This document shows positions 32,612 through 44,308 of a stretch of 64,000 nucleotides of DNA, piece by piece. The stretch's first letter is position 1; each line of letters starts with the position of its first letter. Both the position numbers and the translations under genes were made by a program. Source of the DNA: Naegleria gruberi (Eukaryota); NCBI GenBank assembly GCA_000004985.1, contig GG738859.1. One strand, written 5' to 3'. The notes beneath the pieces were generated by a model, which saw nothing but the letters and a program-made list of their open reading frames with translations, was not told the DNA's origin and made no database searches.

Positions 32612-34933
32612 ATGTTAACAAACAACACTACTTCATGTTGTTCATCATCGGATCACTCTTCTTGTGATCATCATCATCATGGACATCAACAAGATCTTGT
32701 TAGCGAGGAATATGCTCATATCTGCCACAAATTACAAACAATTCTTTTCAATGAAGAAACAAGGAAGGAAATCGAATCCTTGGTTCAAGATAATTTAATT
32801 CCTAATATTGTATCTCTAAATATTCAACCTTCAGTTTGGATGATTAAATCCTTGTTGCAAAATCCATCACTTCCTCTGATTTTATATGATTTATGTTTTG
32901 AAGTATTCAACCCATCCGTTTCCTTGACTTTATTCATGAGACAACAAAAATTGGATGAGGAATTACAAGTTGTTATTGAATTTGTTGAAGCAATTTATAA
33001 TCATTCATCACCAAAAGAAGTTCAATCTTTATTATCAGAAGCATTAACAGCAAACACTGTAAATATTAGAAGAGTGAACGATTTCCATCAGATAGATATT
33101 CTGAATTTCGGACCAGCTGATTTCAATAATCAAGCTATTTTGGATCATAATTTATTCTTACTCAAGTTATTATTTGAAAATTTATCAAGATTACCTGAAA
33201 CTGAAAAGAGATGGTTCTTTTTTAAAGTATTAGATTATACCTTCTCTAATGTGTGCTCAACTAGAGTGGAGACTATTCAAAATGAAGCATATGGAGATGA
33301 GGAAATGATGAAATCGGAAGCTGATAAAAAGATGGCTTTGGATAGAAATTTTTTGGGATATTCGACTTGTTTGGTGGATTGCTTACTTTCGGCATGTTCA
33401 TCGATATTTGAAAAGAAATCTTCTGACTCTATCTCACAAAAAATTCATTTAAAAAGAGAGAGTGACTGCTTCTTGCAAATATGCTTTACCATATTGGCCA
33501 AAATTTATTCCAATGAAAATCTGGTACAAATTTGTACAGAAAATGGTACACTACTGAAGGTAATGCAATCAATTACAGCATGCAAACGAACATTCAATGA
33601 TATTGTGGAATATAGTAAGAGATTTAAAGCATGGTCGGATGTCAATAACTCTAAAGATGATCAAATTGATGAAGAAGATGAGGATGAGGAAATGAGTGAA
33701 GATGATGAAGAGGAGGATATCAAAAATTTTGTCTTTTGGGATAATAGAGGATTGGGTATTTTTATTTATTTGCTTTTAGATAAGGCAATTGAAAGAAAGC
33801 ATTATTCATTGTTTATTCTATCTGATTTGTATATATTTATCATGTGTAAATATTATACCGAAATAATGTTACAATCTGGGATGGCTGGTTTTGCCACAGC
33901 AGCTCTTTCTATTTTAAGAAAGTTATTCGAAAACAATATCAAGAAGAAAGGGTCACTTGTTATCAAACTTGGTGTCCCAGAATACGATTTGGCTTCTTAC
34001 TTTGATTTGGCTCAATCACTTATTTCGTTTATGACTGTTTGCCCAAACAATAACTTGAGAACTATGGCATATAAGGTTTTCCAAGATTTTATAACGAGAT
34101 TTAACGATGAGGATAGATTTAACATCTTGTATCACATCATGAATAAGTGTCCATACCCTTACTTGGTAGCAATCATATTAGACAGATTGAAAGAGGAAAT
34201 AATTCTAGAATATAATGCTGTTTTCCAAAGAATAGACAAGAAGAAAATTGAAACTCTGAGAGAGTTGAATGAATATAATCCTATAGAGCCACCCAAATTG
34301 GAAGAAGTGAACGAATTTTTGAAAAATAATAAGGCCAATTCAGAAACTCAGAATTATTTTTCAAAATTTGCTCCAAACACAGCTCCAAAGATCAATTATG
34401 ACTCTGAGACTGTGAGAGACATTAGACTTTTTGCAAAAGATTCCAAGGCATTCTTGGTGCCACACAAAATACCAAATTTAATTATTGAACTTTTGGAAAA
34501 ATATGTTGAAGATCCATTTGATAGTGACAATATTCAAGTAATTCTCAGAGCATTGAATTTATATTACTTTTTATTGTTGAGAGATAGTGAGCCTAATGTA
34601 ACTGGTGTACTTGATTCAGAAATAGTCTCAAAGATGGAAGAAAAAGTTCTCAACAAGTTAAATAGTGCATGTGAAAAATTGACCAAAGTAATTCAAGAAC
34701 ACAACGCAATGCAACTAGGCGATGAAGAAGAGGAAGATTTAGATTATGATGAGCTAATGGATGAATTTGAATCAGAATTCACACCAGAAGAAATTCAAGC
34801 TCTTCAAGAATTGAAATCACAAGAAAAGGAAAAATCCAAAATCAAAGAACAATCCTCACATGAATTAGATTTACACCTCCTCAATGAGGTATTAACTCGT
34901 ATTCATGATATTCTCTCTGGAAAGTGTAAATAA
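32612..34933 (+). CDS. Hypothetical conserved-looking 773-aa protein with acidic stretches. Family not recognised; glomulin/ALF4-like is only a weak guess.
   Basis: Single long ORF with aaaaaaaATG start context, 39 nt from the divergent Tctex-1 start codon. Confidence 0.45.
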   Translation: MLTNNTTSCCSSSDHSSCDHHHHGHQQDLVSEEYAHICHKLQTILFNEETRKEIESLVQDNLIPNIVSLNIQPSVWMIKSLLQNPSLPLILYDLCFEVFNPSVSLTLFMRQQKLDEELQVVIEFVEAIYNHSSPKEVQSLLSEALTANTVNIRRVNDFHQIDILNFGPADFNNQAILDHNLFLLKLLFENLSRLPETEKRWFFFKVLDYTFSNVCSTRVETIQNEAYGDEEMMKSEADKKMALDRNFLGYSTCLVDCLLSACSSIFEKKSSDSISQKIHLKRESDCFLQICFTILAKIYSNENLVQICTENGTLLKVMQSITACKRTFNDIVEYSKRFKAWSDVNNSKDDQIDEEDEDEEMSEDDEEEDIKNFVFWDNRGLGIFIYLLLDKAIERKHYSLFILSDLYIFIMCKYYTEIMLQSGMAGFATAALSILRKLFENNIKKKGSLVIKLGVPEYDLASYFDLAQSLISFMTVCPNNNLRTMAYKVFQDFITRFNDEDRFNILYHIMNKCPYPYLVAIILDRLKEEIILEYNAVFQRIDKKKIETLRELNEYNPIEPPKLEEVNEFLKNNKANSETQNYFSKFAPNTAPKINYDSETVRDIRLFAKDSKAFLVPHKIPNLIIELLEKYVEDPFDSDNIQVILRALNLYYFLLLRDSEPNVTGVLDSEIVSKMEEKVLNKLNSACEKLTKVIQEHNAMQLGDEEEEDLDYDELMDEFESEFTPEEIQALQELKSQEKEKSKIKEQSSHELDLHLLNEVLTRIHDILSGKCK

Positions 34934-34951
34934 ATATTAATTAAAAAAAAA

Positions 34952-35527
34952 ATGATTGACCGCGTTGGTGACCACACTTTAACAAAGAGAGAAAAAGCAG
35001 TACTTTCCGATTGTTTTTGGACTGCAGGATATAGAGGATTATTATCGGGTACGATTGCAGGAGGTGTTTTAGCTTGGGCTGGTAAGTTTCTACAGTATTG
35101 TGTGATGTGAGGGAAAATTTCGGAAATATTGATGTTGTGGATAATAATTAGTGAAAAAGTATCAAAAACCACAAAAACCAATGGGTAGAATTGCTGTTGT
35201 TTCTTGTATGTGTTTTTTTGAAAATGATTTTATTATAATTATTGAAATATAGTATTCTTTATTGGAGGTGTTTATCTTGGATCGGCATCTGCTGTACCTT
35301 ATTGTTTGAAGAGTTTTGCTAAATTGGAAGATTCTGAACTTGGAGATACTGCTAGAAGATTGTAAGTTTTGAGTTTTGACAAATTGTCAATTTGAATATA
35401 ATAGTATTATGGCTGTAACAGATCAAACTAAACAAGAAGCAGGTGGTCCATCAAAGAATGAAGAATGGGATTGGGAAGAAGAAGAAAAAAAGAAAGCAGC
35501 TGCTGCAATGCAAGCTAAAAAGAAATA
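34952..35527 (+). CDS. Small (about 120 aa) glycine-zipper transmembrane protein. Exons 34952..35081, 35253..35361, 35406..35527.
   Basis: MIDRVGDHTLTKREKAVLSDCFWTAGYRGLLSGTIAGGVLAWA | VFFIGGVYLGSASAVPYCLKSFAKLEDSELGDTARRL | FIMAVTDQTKQEAGGPSKNEEWDWEEEEKKKAAAAMQAKKK. GTAAGT donors and AG acceptors with consistent phase. The start is 18 nt after the stop of the upstream gene. Confidence 0.45.
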
Positions 35528-35535
35528 ATCATTTA

Positions 35536-36243
35536 CTATTTTATGAGATCTTCAGTATAACATTTCAATTCGTTGTAATTTTCGATTAATGATTTTTCTA
35601 ATATCTTAGTATCTAGAGATTCGCCTGAGGTTAAATTCAATTTCTTAAGAAGAAACTTTCCAAAATAAAATTCAATATCATATAGCGTCCTTTTTTCAAT
35701 AGGAAATTTCTTGGAATTATTTAATATTTCTGAAATCCTAGGTTCCCAAATTGTAAAAAGCTCATTCAGAAATGATTCATCAAATATCGAAATATTATTC
35801 AATATTATTACAATAAATTTAGAAGCAATAGGTGCTCTGCAAATGTTTTTAGATTCTTGAATTATTTCCAATTTGATTTGTTCTATTAATTTTGTCAATG
35901 TTTTTGCAGAATTTTCCTGTAATTCTTCTTTTAAATTGACAATTAATATTTCCCAAAGTTTAATTAACTCATCAAAAAGTAAAGTTACTCTTTGTTTCTC
36001 CCCATTATCAGGTAATGGTGTAATATTCCTCAATTCCTCTTCCGAATGACAATATCTGTTAATAGGTCGTTGATTTGTAAGTATAGGATCCAGAATAATA
36101 CAATGATCATGTTTAGGACAATTTCCGACTTTTAATTTATCATATTGAAAACGAGCATCTTTTAGTTGGTTTTTCAATTTTTCTGCAACATTAAAAACAT
36201 CGTTTGATACCTCCACTATCTCAACGTCATCATCATCCGACAT
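35536..36243 (-). CDS. Hypothetical protein (235 aa), acidic N-terminus
   Basis: Single ORF with non-repetitive sequence. Its stop is 8 nt from the stop of the convergent gene ending at 35527. Confidence 0.4.
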   Translation of the reverse strand: MSDDDDVEIVEVSNDVFNVAEKLKNQLKDARFQYDKLKVGNCPKHDHCIILDPILTNQRPINRYCHSEEELRNITPLPDNGEKQRVTLLFDELIKLWEILIVNLKEELQENSAKTLTKLIEQIKLEIIQESKNICRAPIASKFIVIILNNISIFDESFLNELFTIWEPRISEILNNSKKFPIEKRTLYDIEFYFGKFLLKKLNLTSGESLDTKILEKSLIENYNELKCYTEDLIK

Positions 36244-36250
36244 TTTTAAA

Positions 36251-36583
36251 ATGTTGTTAATAATATTTAAAATTAATACTTGTGTAAATTTGATGGCAAT
36301 GTTAATATTATTATTTAATATTGTACTTGTCTTTTCAGATTTGAGTTTTTTAGGAGTGAATGGATTTGTGAATAATTATTATCCAAATGGCAACAATTTT
36401 CAAAATCCATTGCTGAGAACAACCTTGCCACCTCCACCTCCTCCACTTCTAACCTTTCCACCAGTTACTATTCCACAAGTGTTTGGGAGTTTTTATGTTT
36501 GTAATGCCTACGATGCAAGTGGTGTACCTTTACCATTTCCAACCATTGCTAGTTGGCAAGGTTTAGGATGGCCTCCACTTTAG
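36251..36583 (+). CDS. Possible small secreted Pro-rich protein (weak)
   Basis: Hydrophobic N-terminus MAMLILLFNIVLVFS, PPPPPP tract. Short ORF, so it could be spurious. Confidence 0.25.
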   Translation: MLLIIFKINTCVNLMAMLILLFNIVLVFSDLSFLGVNGFVNNYYPNGNNFQNPLLRTTLPPPPPPLLTFPPVTIPQVFGSFYVCNAYDASGVPLPFPTIASWQGLGWPPL

Positions 36584-36608
36584 AGATTAATTCTCTGTCT
36601 GATTGGAA

Positions 36609-39312
36609 TTAAGCTGTTTCCAATGGTGAGTCCAACTAGATAAAATTTTGTAAATTTTGAAATCTCAATAAAACTTACAGAAAATAGCCATACCAATAAG
36701 AAAAACCTCAGTCATGAAATAAATACCACTGGCTGAATCTTTTGATAAAAAGGCAGAAAAACCTCTCCATGAAAGAGAACCAGGAACCAAAAGTAAAGTT
36801 GCAACAGAGTTAATGAGGAGTGGTGGATGGTTTGTTATGAGTGAATAAATATTACTTCCAACACCAGTCTGTCAGAGATGATGATAATAATTCGGTTTAA
36901 AAACAATTGAATGTGTGAAAAATACTTACAACAATACCAGCAATGACAGTTCCCAATTCTGATCCCAATACGTTACTGGTATAGAATGCAGTAAGGTGAA
37001 CAGAAAGAGTCACAACCACTAGACAAAAATAGGTAAAGAAATACTTTGGTACCTTAGCGTCTATTCCAATAGCAATGGCAAGAACAATAATGGCTACAAT
37101 ACGCATAGGCAAGGAAAGATCTGTTCTTGTTGTGCCAACTTTTTCACTAGCTGCAAATGCAGGGAATAAATTAACCATACCATTAGTAATAAGTAAACCG
37201 AAACCCAATTTCAAAACTGTAGAAAATGCACTGACAAGTCTGGATGTACCTGAAACTAGAGATCTTGCCTGAATTTCATTAATACCAATCATAATCGTCA
37301 CACCAGGTAAATAATAAAAACTCAAACAAAGGCAAATCAGGACCACACTCACATAACTAACATCCCACAAAATAAATTTGAATATAATTCCACATAGCCC
37401 TCCAACCACACTCGCCACAATAACTGAAACGTTTGAAAAGAAGGCAATCCTCGAACCATAAACCATGAATATACCAATTATAATACCACCAATAAAACAG
37501 GTCAAAACTTCTCCAACAGTTCCATTCCACAACATGACATAGAATCCACAAAAAACAAACATGTTAAAAACTGTAAACATTGGATGTGAATAAATAGGAG
37601 GCTCCATAATAACTTCAGCAATTTTTTCTTGAGCATCCTTCAATGGAAGTAAACCATCAGAAATATCGTGAGCTATAGAATCCAATTTGGTCAATTTGTT
37701 TAAATCTGTAGTTTGACTTTCAATTTTAACAAAGTAAGACACATTTGATGGATCTCTTGGTTTTGTACCAAAACTGTACCAAATACCTGTTGGAATACTA
37801 TTTTCAAATTTGTTAATAAAAATCTTCCTAGATTTTAAATAATACGTACCAGAAGAAATAACCATCCATTCCAAAATATGTGCTTACCAAAGACAAGTGA
37901 TATTCAACTCTATTAGAAGGTAATCCATAAATTGACAAGGCATATCCTAAATCCAAAAGTAAGGAGTGAACTCTATTCTTATCCTCTCTTGTTAATTTTT
38001 GATAAGGGATTACATATCTCTTTTCTATTTCAAATTTTCCTGTAACACACCACAACATGGCTTTTTTAAGCTTTTCAGATAGGGAATGATTTGTCCTTTC
38101 GTCTTCTTCTGGAGCCATTTGATCTTCCATTTTTTGCTTTCCTCTTTTGAAAAGCCAATTTTTAACTTTTCGTTTTGTTGATGGTAGCATTGGTACAGGA
38201 TTTGATTCCAAATAAATTGGTTTTTTAGAAAATTCACTTTGAGCCAATCTCTTTTGTTCACTCGATAATTTAAAAGAATTAAGTGATCCAGAAAATTCTG
38301 AATGTGAATATAAATCCGATACTGTTGAGTTTGTTTCCTCATATAATGATTCCAAATCATTGAAAGAAGATGTTCTTGATAAATTTCCAGAACTAAAGTT
38401 ATTTGCATTATTTTCCACAGAGTACATATCATCCTCTGAATTAATATTATTTAACATTGCTGTATTACTAACAGCACTCGAAGAAACCATAGCAGAAGCA
38501 CCACCAAAAGAGCTCGGATTGTTTGATAGTGTTGTTGAAAGGTCAAATATTGGAGAAGCTCCAGATAAAAATCCATTCGGAGGTAAATTAGCACTAATAT
38601 TCTTTGATGGTACAATAAATGTCTTGGGAATATTAGAATTAGTGGATGGAATTATTCTTGATGCAGATCCAAAATCAACAATATATTCCTCATCATCATT
38701 ATAGTCATCAACATCATTATTCCTTGTTGGAAAAGTTGCTTGATTATTCAATCTTTCTGGAGAGGTAATTGTAGGGGAGGTAGGAGAGTCTTTGTATTCG
38801 TCTTGAAGTCTTGATGCCATAGTTTGCTTTTCAAGATTAGAAGAAGAATGAAAACTAGAGAGAATGTGAGGAGGTTCCATATCTTCAAAAGATTCCTCAT
38901 CATCTTGTGATGGTAGGAAATGATCATCATTCATATTATAGGGTAAACTCTTTGTAGTTGTCAGCAAGTGTTTGATATTGGAACTACTTTTTGAAGGAGT
39001 AACACTATTAATAAGAAGAGGAGAAACATTTGGATTGATACTCATCCTACGACCATTGTTTGATGTACTTGTTACATTACTAACAGTATTATTATTGTTA
39101 ATATTATTATTGAAAGAAGACGGTATTGTTTTTAATTGTTCCGTAGATGAAATACTATTACTAGTAGCATTAACAATATTTGATGATGTTATTGTTGTAT
39201 TGTTGTTGTTGTTGCTATTGATGATTGTTGTGGGTGATGATGAATTTACATTCGGAATTTGTGAAGGCTGAACATTACCCTCACCACCACTACTACTATT
39301 ATCTTGTAGCAT
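36609..39312 (-). CDS. ThrE/DUF1212-DUF3815 family membrane protein (Prm10-like). Exons about 39312..37860, 37797..36930, 36868..36679, 36635..36609.
   Basis: RVHSLLLDLGYALSIYGLPSNRVEYHLSLVSTYFGMDG is the hallmark DUF1212 block. It is followed by about 10 TM helices. A Ser/Asn-rich N-terminal region. Three short introns with GTACGT/GTAAGT donors. Confidence 0.55.
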
Positions 39313-39938
39313 TTTGTTCTCTAAATATTATGTAAATATTCAAGTAGTGAATGATACAACTGCCCTAGATATCCTCCAATCAATAAATGAATGCTACTAT
39401 TCAACAATATTAAAATCAAGCAGATATTATTGAAAATTCTTTTTTTCGCTCTTTTTTCACCATTGATGAAGGTGATACCTCTCAACATATTACGCGCACA
39501 AACATCACCCAATTTTGGATTGGTAGCCATTCCCATAAAATTCCAAGCACAATTAATATTGGTGTTTTAATTGATATAATGGTATAATGCTTCTGTCGAG
39601 AATGTGCTTGGAAAGTTTGGTATGGCATAATGCAAGTCACAACATGATGAGATTTATGAAGTGAAGACTTGCATAAAAATTGAAGGGGAATGTCCAGCTT
39701 TTTCACAGTTCTTCATAAGATTTTGTGATGGAGAGGCTAAGACAATGCCGCTGTTTGTCAGAGGTCAGATGTTCAAGACCACCTACCTGTCAACAAAATG
39801 TCAACTGTTCAATAACTAAATTCGATAAATGTTAAAAATAACAATTATATTAATAACAATAAAATAAGAATAGCTCAGCCAAACCATGTCGCTATTTAAA
39901 AAAACCTCAGAAAAAAGAAAGTCAATAACAAAAAAGAA

Positions 39939-40256
39939 ATGATGAGAAGAAAGAAACCAGCTAAGGAAACAATTGTTGTTCCAGAAAGTAAAAAGAGAAC
40001 TCATCAAGATAAGGATTCTTCCAATAAGAAGGTGAAACAAAATTCCTGCCAAAATTGCAGCCTGACTGCTTCGACTGTTGAAACTAAACCAGAAGAAAGA
40101 GCTAAGGAAATTAAGAAAAAGAAACCACCAAAGCAACCAGAAGTAACAAAACCTCCAAGTTCTTCACCATTTGCTCCTTATGAGCACGCAATCATGGAAC
40201 CTAATGAAGAAGAATATGAAGCTCTCATGGATGCAAAACCTGCATGGATGAAATAG
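39939..40256 (+). CDS. Small basic protein (105 aa), Lys-rich N-terminus
   Basis: ORF with aaaaaagaaATG context. No family recognised. Confidence 0.35.
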   Translation: MMRRKKPAKETIVVPESKKRTHQDKDSSNKKVKQNSCQNCSLTASTVETKPEERAKEIKKKKPPKQPEVTKPPSSSPFAPYEHAIMEPNEEEYEALMDAKPAWMK

Positions 40257-40476
40257 TTTCCAAACCTATCAAAACTTGATCTAAACCCACATAGTAAATT
40301 TGATCATATCCATAACACCAACATTATAACTCTTCAAAATTGTGGCTTAAAGATGTCAAACTCTAACTTGATTCAACTCTTCGAATGATGAAAATGAATA
40401 TTATGTTATGTTCGGCGTATCATGCTTCTAATAAAGATCCAATTTACTCATCATATCAAAACATTACAAAAAAAAA

Positions 40477-42636
40477 ATGTCTAAAAAACAAAACGTTCTT
40501 CCGTACAATGATCAACATAGTGTATTATATGAACATCATAGACAACAAAGTCTTGAAGATGGAGATAAATTAGCCTTTGAAACAATTGTTGATGAAGAGA
40601 AAAAGTTAGAAGAATCGGAATTTAAAAAAACAGAATTTGCCAAGACTAAAAGTTTAATTAAAATTGCATCGGAGATGATTAAACATACTGATTGGGAATG
40701 GTCTGATTCTATTGGTCTTGGTTATTATTTAAATTTTAGAAAGGATAAAATTGTCAAGGATTATTCATACATGATTGATGAATCATTTAAATTTAATCAT
40801 GAAAAACAAGTTTTTGTAAATAATAATAATGAAGAGATCCCATTCGAAACGGTTGAGATTTGGAAGGAATATGTCATGTGTATCAGATATTTATTTAAAG
40901 AATATGATAATTTTATTATCAAAACAAGTTTTGATTATGCAGATGTTTTAGAGTATGAGCCAAAAGGTAATGCAGAAAGAAGTGCCTATGCTATTGTAAG
41001 GGATATAAAGAGGAAAAAGCTACTCTTACTCATCGAGGGAACAAAAACTTTCCATGACTTGTTGACTGATTTGAATACTGATGCTGTTGCTTTTGAATGC
41101 GAAACTTTTAAGAATGAAAATATTACAAACCAATTTGTACATTCTGGTATGATTGAAAGAGCTTATTGGTTCTATTATCAAATAATTCCAAAGATTGAAA
41201 ATTATTTGGCAACTGAATATACTGATTATTCATTTGAAATGGTCGGACATAGTTTAGGTGCTGGTACTGCTTCTATATTAACATTATTAATTATTCCTAA
41301 AATGCCAGATGTTAAATGTTTTGCATTTGCTTGTCCAAAGATATTCTCTCATGAGCTTGCAAGATCTGATCTGGTTAAGAGTCACATTACCACATTTATT
41401 AATCAGGATGACTTTGTTCCACTATTTTCTGTGGAAAGTTTTAGAGATTTCAAAACTAATAGAATGGTGAATTGGAAATCAGAAGTTATGAATGAAACAC
41501 AACTAGGGAAATTCATAAAGAGCACCGATAAATTCATGGATCAAAATGGTGTTTATGGAGCTTTCAACAATGTAAAAAACACTTTCAAGAGTGGGTTCAA
41601 TTACATTGTCAATGGTGCTCAAAGCAACCCTATTGTTACCAAAAAACAAAAAAAAACACCTCCTCCACTTCCAAAGAACTTAGTGAAAAAGAGATTAATC
41701 AAACTTCAGGAATACAAGGAAGATGAGATCGATGAAGAAGATGAAAATTTCTTCATCAATCTTGTAAAGGAATACGAAGAAAAAGCCAAAGAAGAAAATG
41801 ACCAACAGGAAAAGAAAGACCAAGTTGAACAAGAACCGACTGCTTCAGAAAATTATGAAGAAAAACAAGAGGAAATTGACCAAGACATTGATCAAGAAGT
41901 GGAAGTACCAGAAAATCAAGACAGTATCCCATCTACATTACCAGAAAATCAACAACTCTTTAGTAGTCATATTAGTCCAGTTATGGATGGTATTGATGAG
42001 GCCTCTGATCCTAGCTATGATCAAGAACAAGATACAGAGACAAGTTCAATATACAGAGATTTGCCACCTCTTCCAAAATCATTCATTACTGGTGTTCATC
42101 TTTACTCACCAGAGAATATTCTGTATTTTAGAACTATTAATGATAGAACCTATATGAAGAAGTGTGTACCTTCAGAGTTTGAACAATTGAATTTTGGTCA
42201 AAAGTATGTGGCCGACCATTTTTCAAGTAGTTACATTAATGCACTTGCTGGTGTTTTGGATTCTGTTACAGCTGTTCAACAAGCTCCTCCACTTCAACTT
42301 CCCCCACTTCCAACGTTACCAAAACAACGAAGTCCAGTAACTAAGGATGATATGCATGAAATTGAGATTGTCTCCGTTGTTCCAACAATTGAAACCAAGA
42401 GAACTCTTCCTCCACTTCCAGCACACTTACTCAAAACTAAATCACCAGTCTCCAACGAGGTAACTGAATCAATAATTACAACCAGCAATGAAATTACTGA
42501 AACTGTTACTGTTGAAACTGTTGTACAAACAACTGCGCCATCCATTGATGTTGAGATAACTACAACTGCTGAGCAAACTGAGCCAGTCGAAACCACATCA
42601 ACAACAGAAACCAGAAACAACCGAACCAATATCTAA
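40477..42636 (+). CDS. Class-3 lipase (sn-1 diacylglycerol-lipase-like) with a Pro-rich C-terminal tail
   Basis: GHSLGAGTASILTLL nucleophile elbow. Upstream ERSAYAIVRD...IEGTKT...HSGM blocks typical of Lipase_3/DAGL. C-terminal PPPLPK, LPPLPKS, PPLQLPPLPTLPK and LPPLPAHL motifs. Confidence 0.7.
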   Translation: MSKKQNVLPYNDQHSVLYEHHRQQSLEDGDKLAFETIVDEEKKLEESEFKKTEFAKTKSLIKIASEMIKHTDWEWSDSIGLGYYLNFRKDKIVKDYSYMIDESFKFNHEKQVFVNNNNEEIPFETVEIWKEYVMCIRYLFKEYDNFIIKTSFDYADVLEYEPKGNAERSAYAIVRDIKRKKLLLLIEGTKTFHDLLTDLNTDAVAFECETFKNENITNQFVHSGMIERAYWFYYQIIPKIENYLATEYTDYSFEMVGHSLGAGTASILTLLIIPKMPDVKCFAFACPKIFSHELARSDLVKSHITTFINQDDFVPLFSVESFRDFKTNRMVNWKSEVMNETQLGKFIKSTDKFMDQNGVYGAFNNVKNTFKSGFNYIVNGAQSNPIVTKKQKKTPPPLPKNLVKKRLIKLQEYKEDEIDEEDENFFINLVKEYEEKAKEENDQQEKKDQVEQEPTASENYEEKQEEIDQDIDQEVEVPENQDSIPSTLPENQQLFSSHISPVMDGIDEASDPSYDQEQDTETSSIYRDLPPLPKSFITGVHLYSPENILYFRTINDRTYMKKCVPSEFEQLNFGQKYVADHFSSSYINALAGVLDSVTAVQQAPPLQLPPLPTLPKQRSPVTKDDMHEIEIVSVVPTIETKRTLPPLPAHLLKTKSPVSNEVTESIITTSNEITETVTVETVVQTTAPSIDVEITTTAEQTEPVETTSTTETRNNRTNI

Positions 42637-42647
42637 TGAAAATTAAC

Positions 42648-44048
42648 TTATTCTTCTTTTACTTCCTCTTTCTTTTGCTTTTTCTTTTTTGGCTTGTTTT
42701 CTTTTTGTAATTGGGCTCTAACCTCCAATGTCTTACTGAAAGTTTCCTTGTTCAGTTCGATGAAAGGTTGTTGGGATTCCTTCATTACATGTTGCATCAC
42801 CCTCAATGAATCATCACTTGCACCCATACTTCTTCTCTTCTTCAATTCCATTCTCTTTCTTTCTTTTGCTAATTTCTTTTTCTTTGGAGCATTACCGTGA
42901 TATTTGTGTGAGAATTCTCTGTAGGCCTCCTTTGGTGTCAATGAATTACCATGTCGGTCCAAGTGTTCAATTACAAAATCAGCCTCATCATCATATCCAA
43001 GAGCAGTCGGTTTAAGTCTTTCTTCAATGTGAGATCTATCCTTACTTCTACCAACTCTTTTATCCTCCAAAAACCCTTGTAAACTAGCAAACTCAATGGT
43101 GGCAAGTAGGCCATCCGAAACGAGAGGTTCTTTGACTAAGTTTTCAGGTTGAATTATATCTTTCTTTACATCCTCTTCCTCTTTGATTTCTTGTTTTACA
43201 TCCAATATTTCACTATTAGTATTATCAGCATCCACATCCATGTTTACATTGTTTTCCTCATCTTTTGATCTAACTGAAACATTCTTTCTTTTTCTCTTAT
43301 TAATAGTTGCATCTTGAGGCTCTGTTTTTACATTTTCTACAGCTAGGGTTTTTACAAAGTGTTTTGTAGAGTCAAATATTTTTCCAGATATGTTCAAATT
43401 ATCCTCATCTACAAGCATTTTATCAGATCCATGAAGCACCATAGATTCTTCTTGTGCTTTATCAATGGCTTCTTGATAGGTTCTATCTTTTTCCTTTTCT
43501 TCCAATAGATTTTTCTCTTCTCTCTTAGTAAGTCTATTTTCAGATCTTTTTGCCAAGTGGATTTCATCAATTGATGAATTCATTTCCATTAGCTGAAGTA
43601 AATCATCCGTTACACCAATTTGTGATGTTTTTTCCTTCACTCGAATATTCTTAACTTTCTTTTTCTTTAAAGCCTCAAAATCTGAAGCTATTGCTGGTTT
43701 TGATGATGAAAGATCATAAACTTTAGCATTTGGTCTATGTAATTCTTCCTCTTCCTCTTCAAAAGCTAATATTTTCTTTTTTTGCTCCTTTTTTAATTTT
43801 TCTTTTGCTTCTTGATTTTCATCATCAGAATCAATTCCTTGTTTTCTTTTAAATTCTCTTTCTTTTCGTTTTATCTTTGCTAATTCTATTCTTTTTTGTA
43901 TTTCCGAAGCTTCATCTTCCTTCTGATCTACTATTACAGTATTTTTTGTATCATTTCCGACCTTGAGAGGTTTTAATCCGAGTTTTATTCTTTGTTCGTT
44001 TGTTTCCTCGATTGTCAGGAAGAAACTTCCATCACTTGCAATGTGCAT
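42648..44048 (-). CDS. SART1: SART1/Snu66 family protein (U4/U6.U5 tri-snRNP-associated), corresponding to the C-terminal two-thirds of the family
   Basis: LDRHGNSLTPKEAYREFSHKYHGNAPKKKKLAKERKRMELKK matches the SART1 signature [40 protein letters not shown]. Lys/Glu-rich low complexity. Confidence 0.65.
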   Translation of the reverse strand: MHIASDGSFFLTIEETNEQRIKLGLKPLKVGNDTKNTVIVDQKEDEASEIQKRIELAKIKRKEREFKRKQGIDSDDENQEAKEKLKKEQKKKILAFEEEEEELHRPNAKVYDLSSSKPAIASDFEALKKKKVKNIRVKEKTSQIGVTDDLLQLMEMNSSIDEIHLAKRSENRLTKREEKNLLEEKEKDRTYQEAIDKAQEESMVLHGSDKMLVDEDNLNISGKIFDSTKHFVKTLAVENVKTEPQDATINKRKRKNVSVRSKDEENNVNMDVDADNTNSEILDVKQEIKEEEDVKKDIIQPENLVKEPLVSDGLLATIEFASLQGFLEDKRVGRSKDRSHIEERLKPTALGYDDEADFVIEHLDRHGNSLTPKEAYREFSHKYHGNAPKKKKLAKERKRMELKKRRSMGASDDSLRVMQHVMKESQQPFIELNKETFSKTLEVRAQLQKENKPKKKKQKKEEVKEE

Positions 44049-44221
44049 TTTTTTTTAATTTTTTTTAATTTATTTTTGCTTCTTGTTCAAGTTGATTTAC
44101 TAGTATTAACAAACTATTTCATTCTGTTAATTTCTGTAATCGAAGTGCTTACAGTTTGTAGGAGTAAAGGAATTTCAAGGTTTTAATTTAATTATCAAAT
44201 GTGAAATATATAAAATATATA

Positions 44222-44308
44222 CCGATGATAGCTCAGCTGGTAGAGCATGGGACTGTAGCAAGAAAAACTGTCATCCTGTGGTCGGCGGTTCGATTCCGTC
44301 TCATCGGA
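44222..44308 (+). tRNA. tRNA-Tyr (anticodon GTA) with an intron of about 13-14 nt immediately 3' of the anticodon
   Basis: Acceptor stem CCGATGA/TCATCGG. D-arm and A box TAGCTCAGCTGGTAGAGC. Anticodon loop CTGTAG. T-arm and B box GGCGGTTCGATTCCGTC. Discriminator A. Confidence 0.8.

Noticed and set aside
40270-40400. aacCCACAtag motif at about 40290 as a DUSE upstream of a Class I ncRNA
   Set aside because: The sequence about 60 nt downstream lacks the complementary 5'/3' ends and the conserved internal motif of Class I RNAs. It lies in the 5' flank of the lipase gene and is probably promoter sequence.
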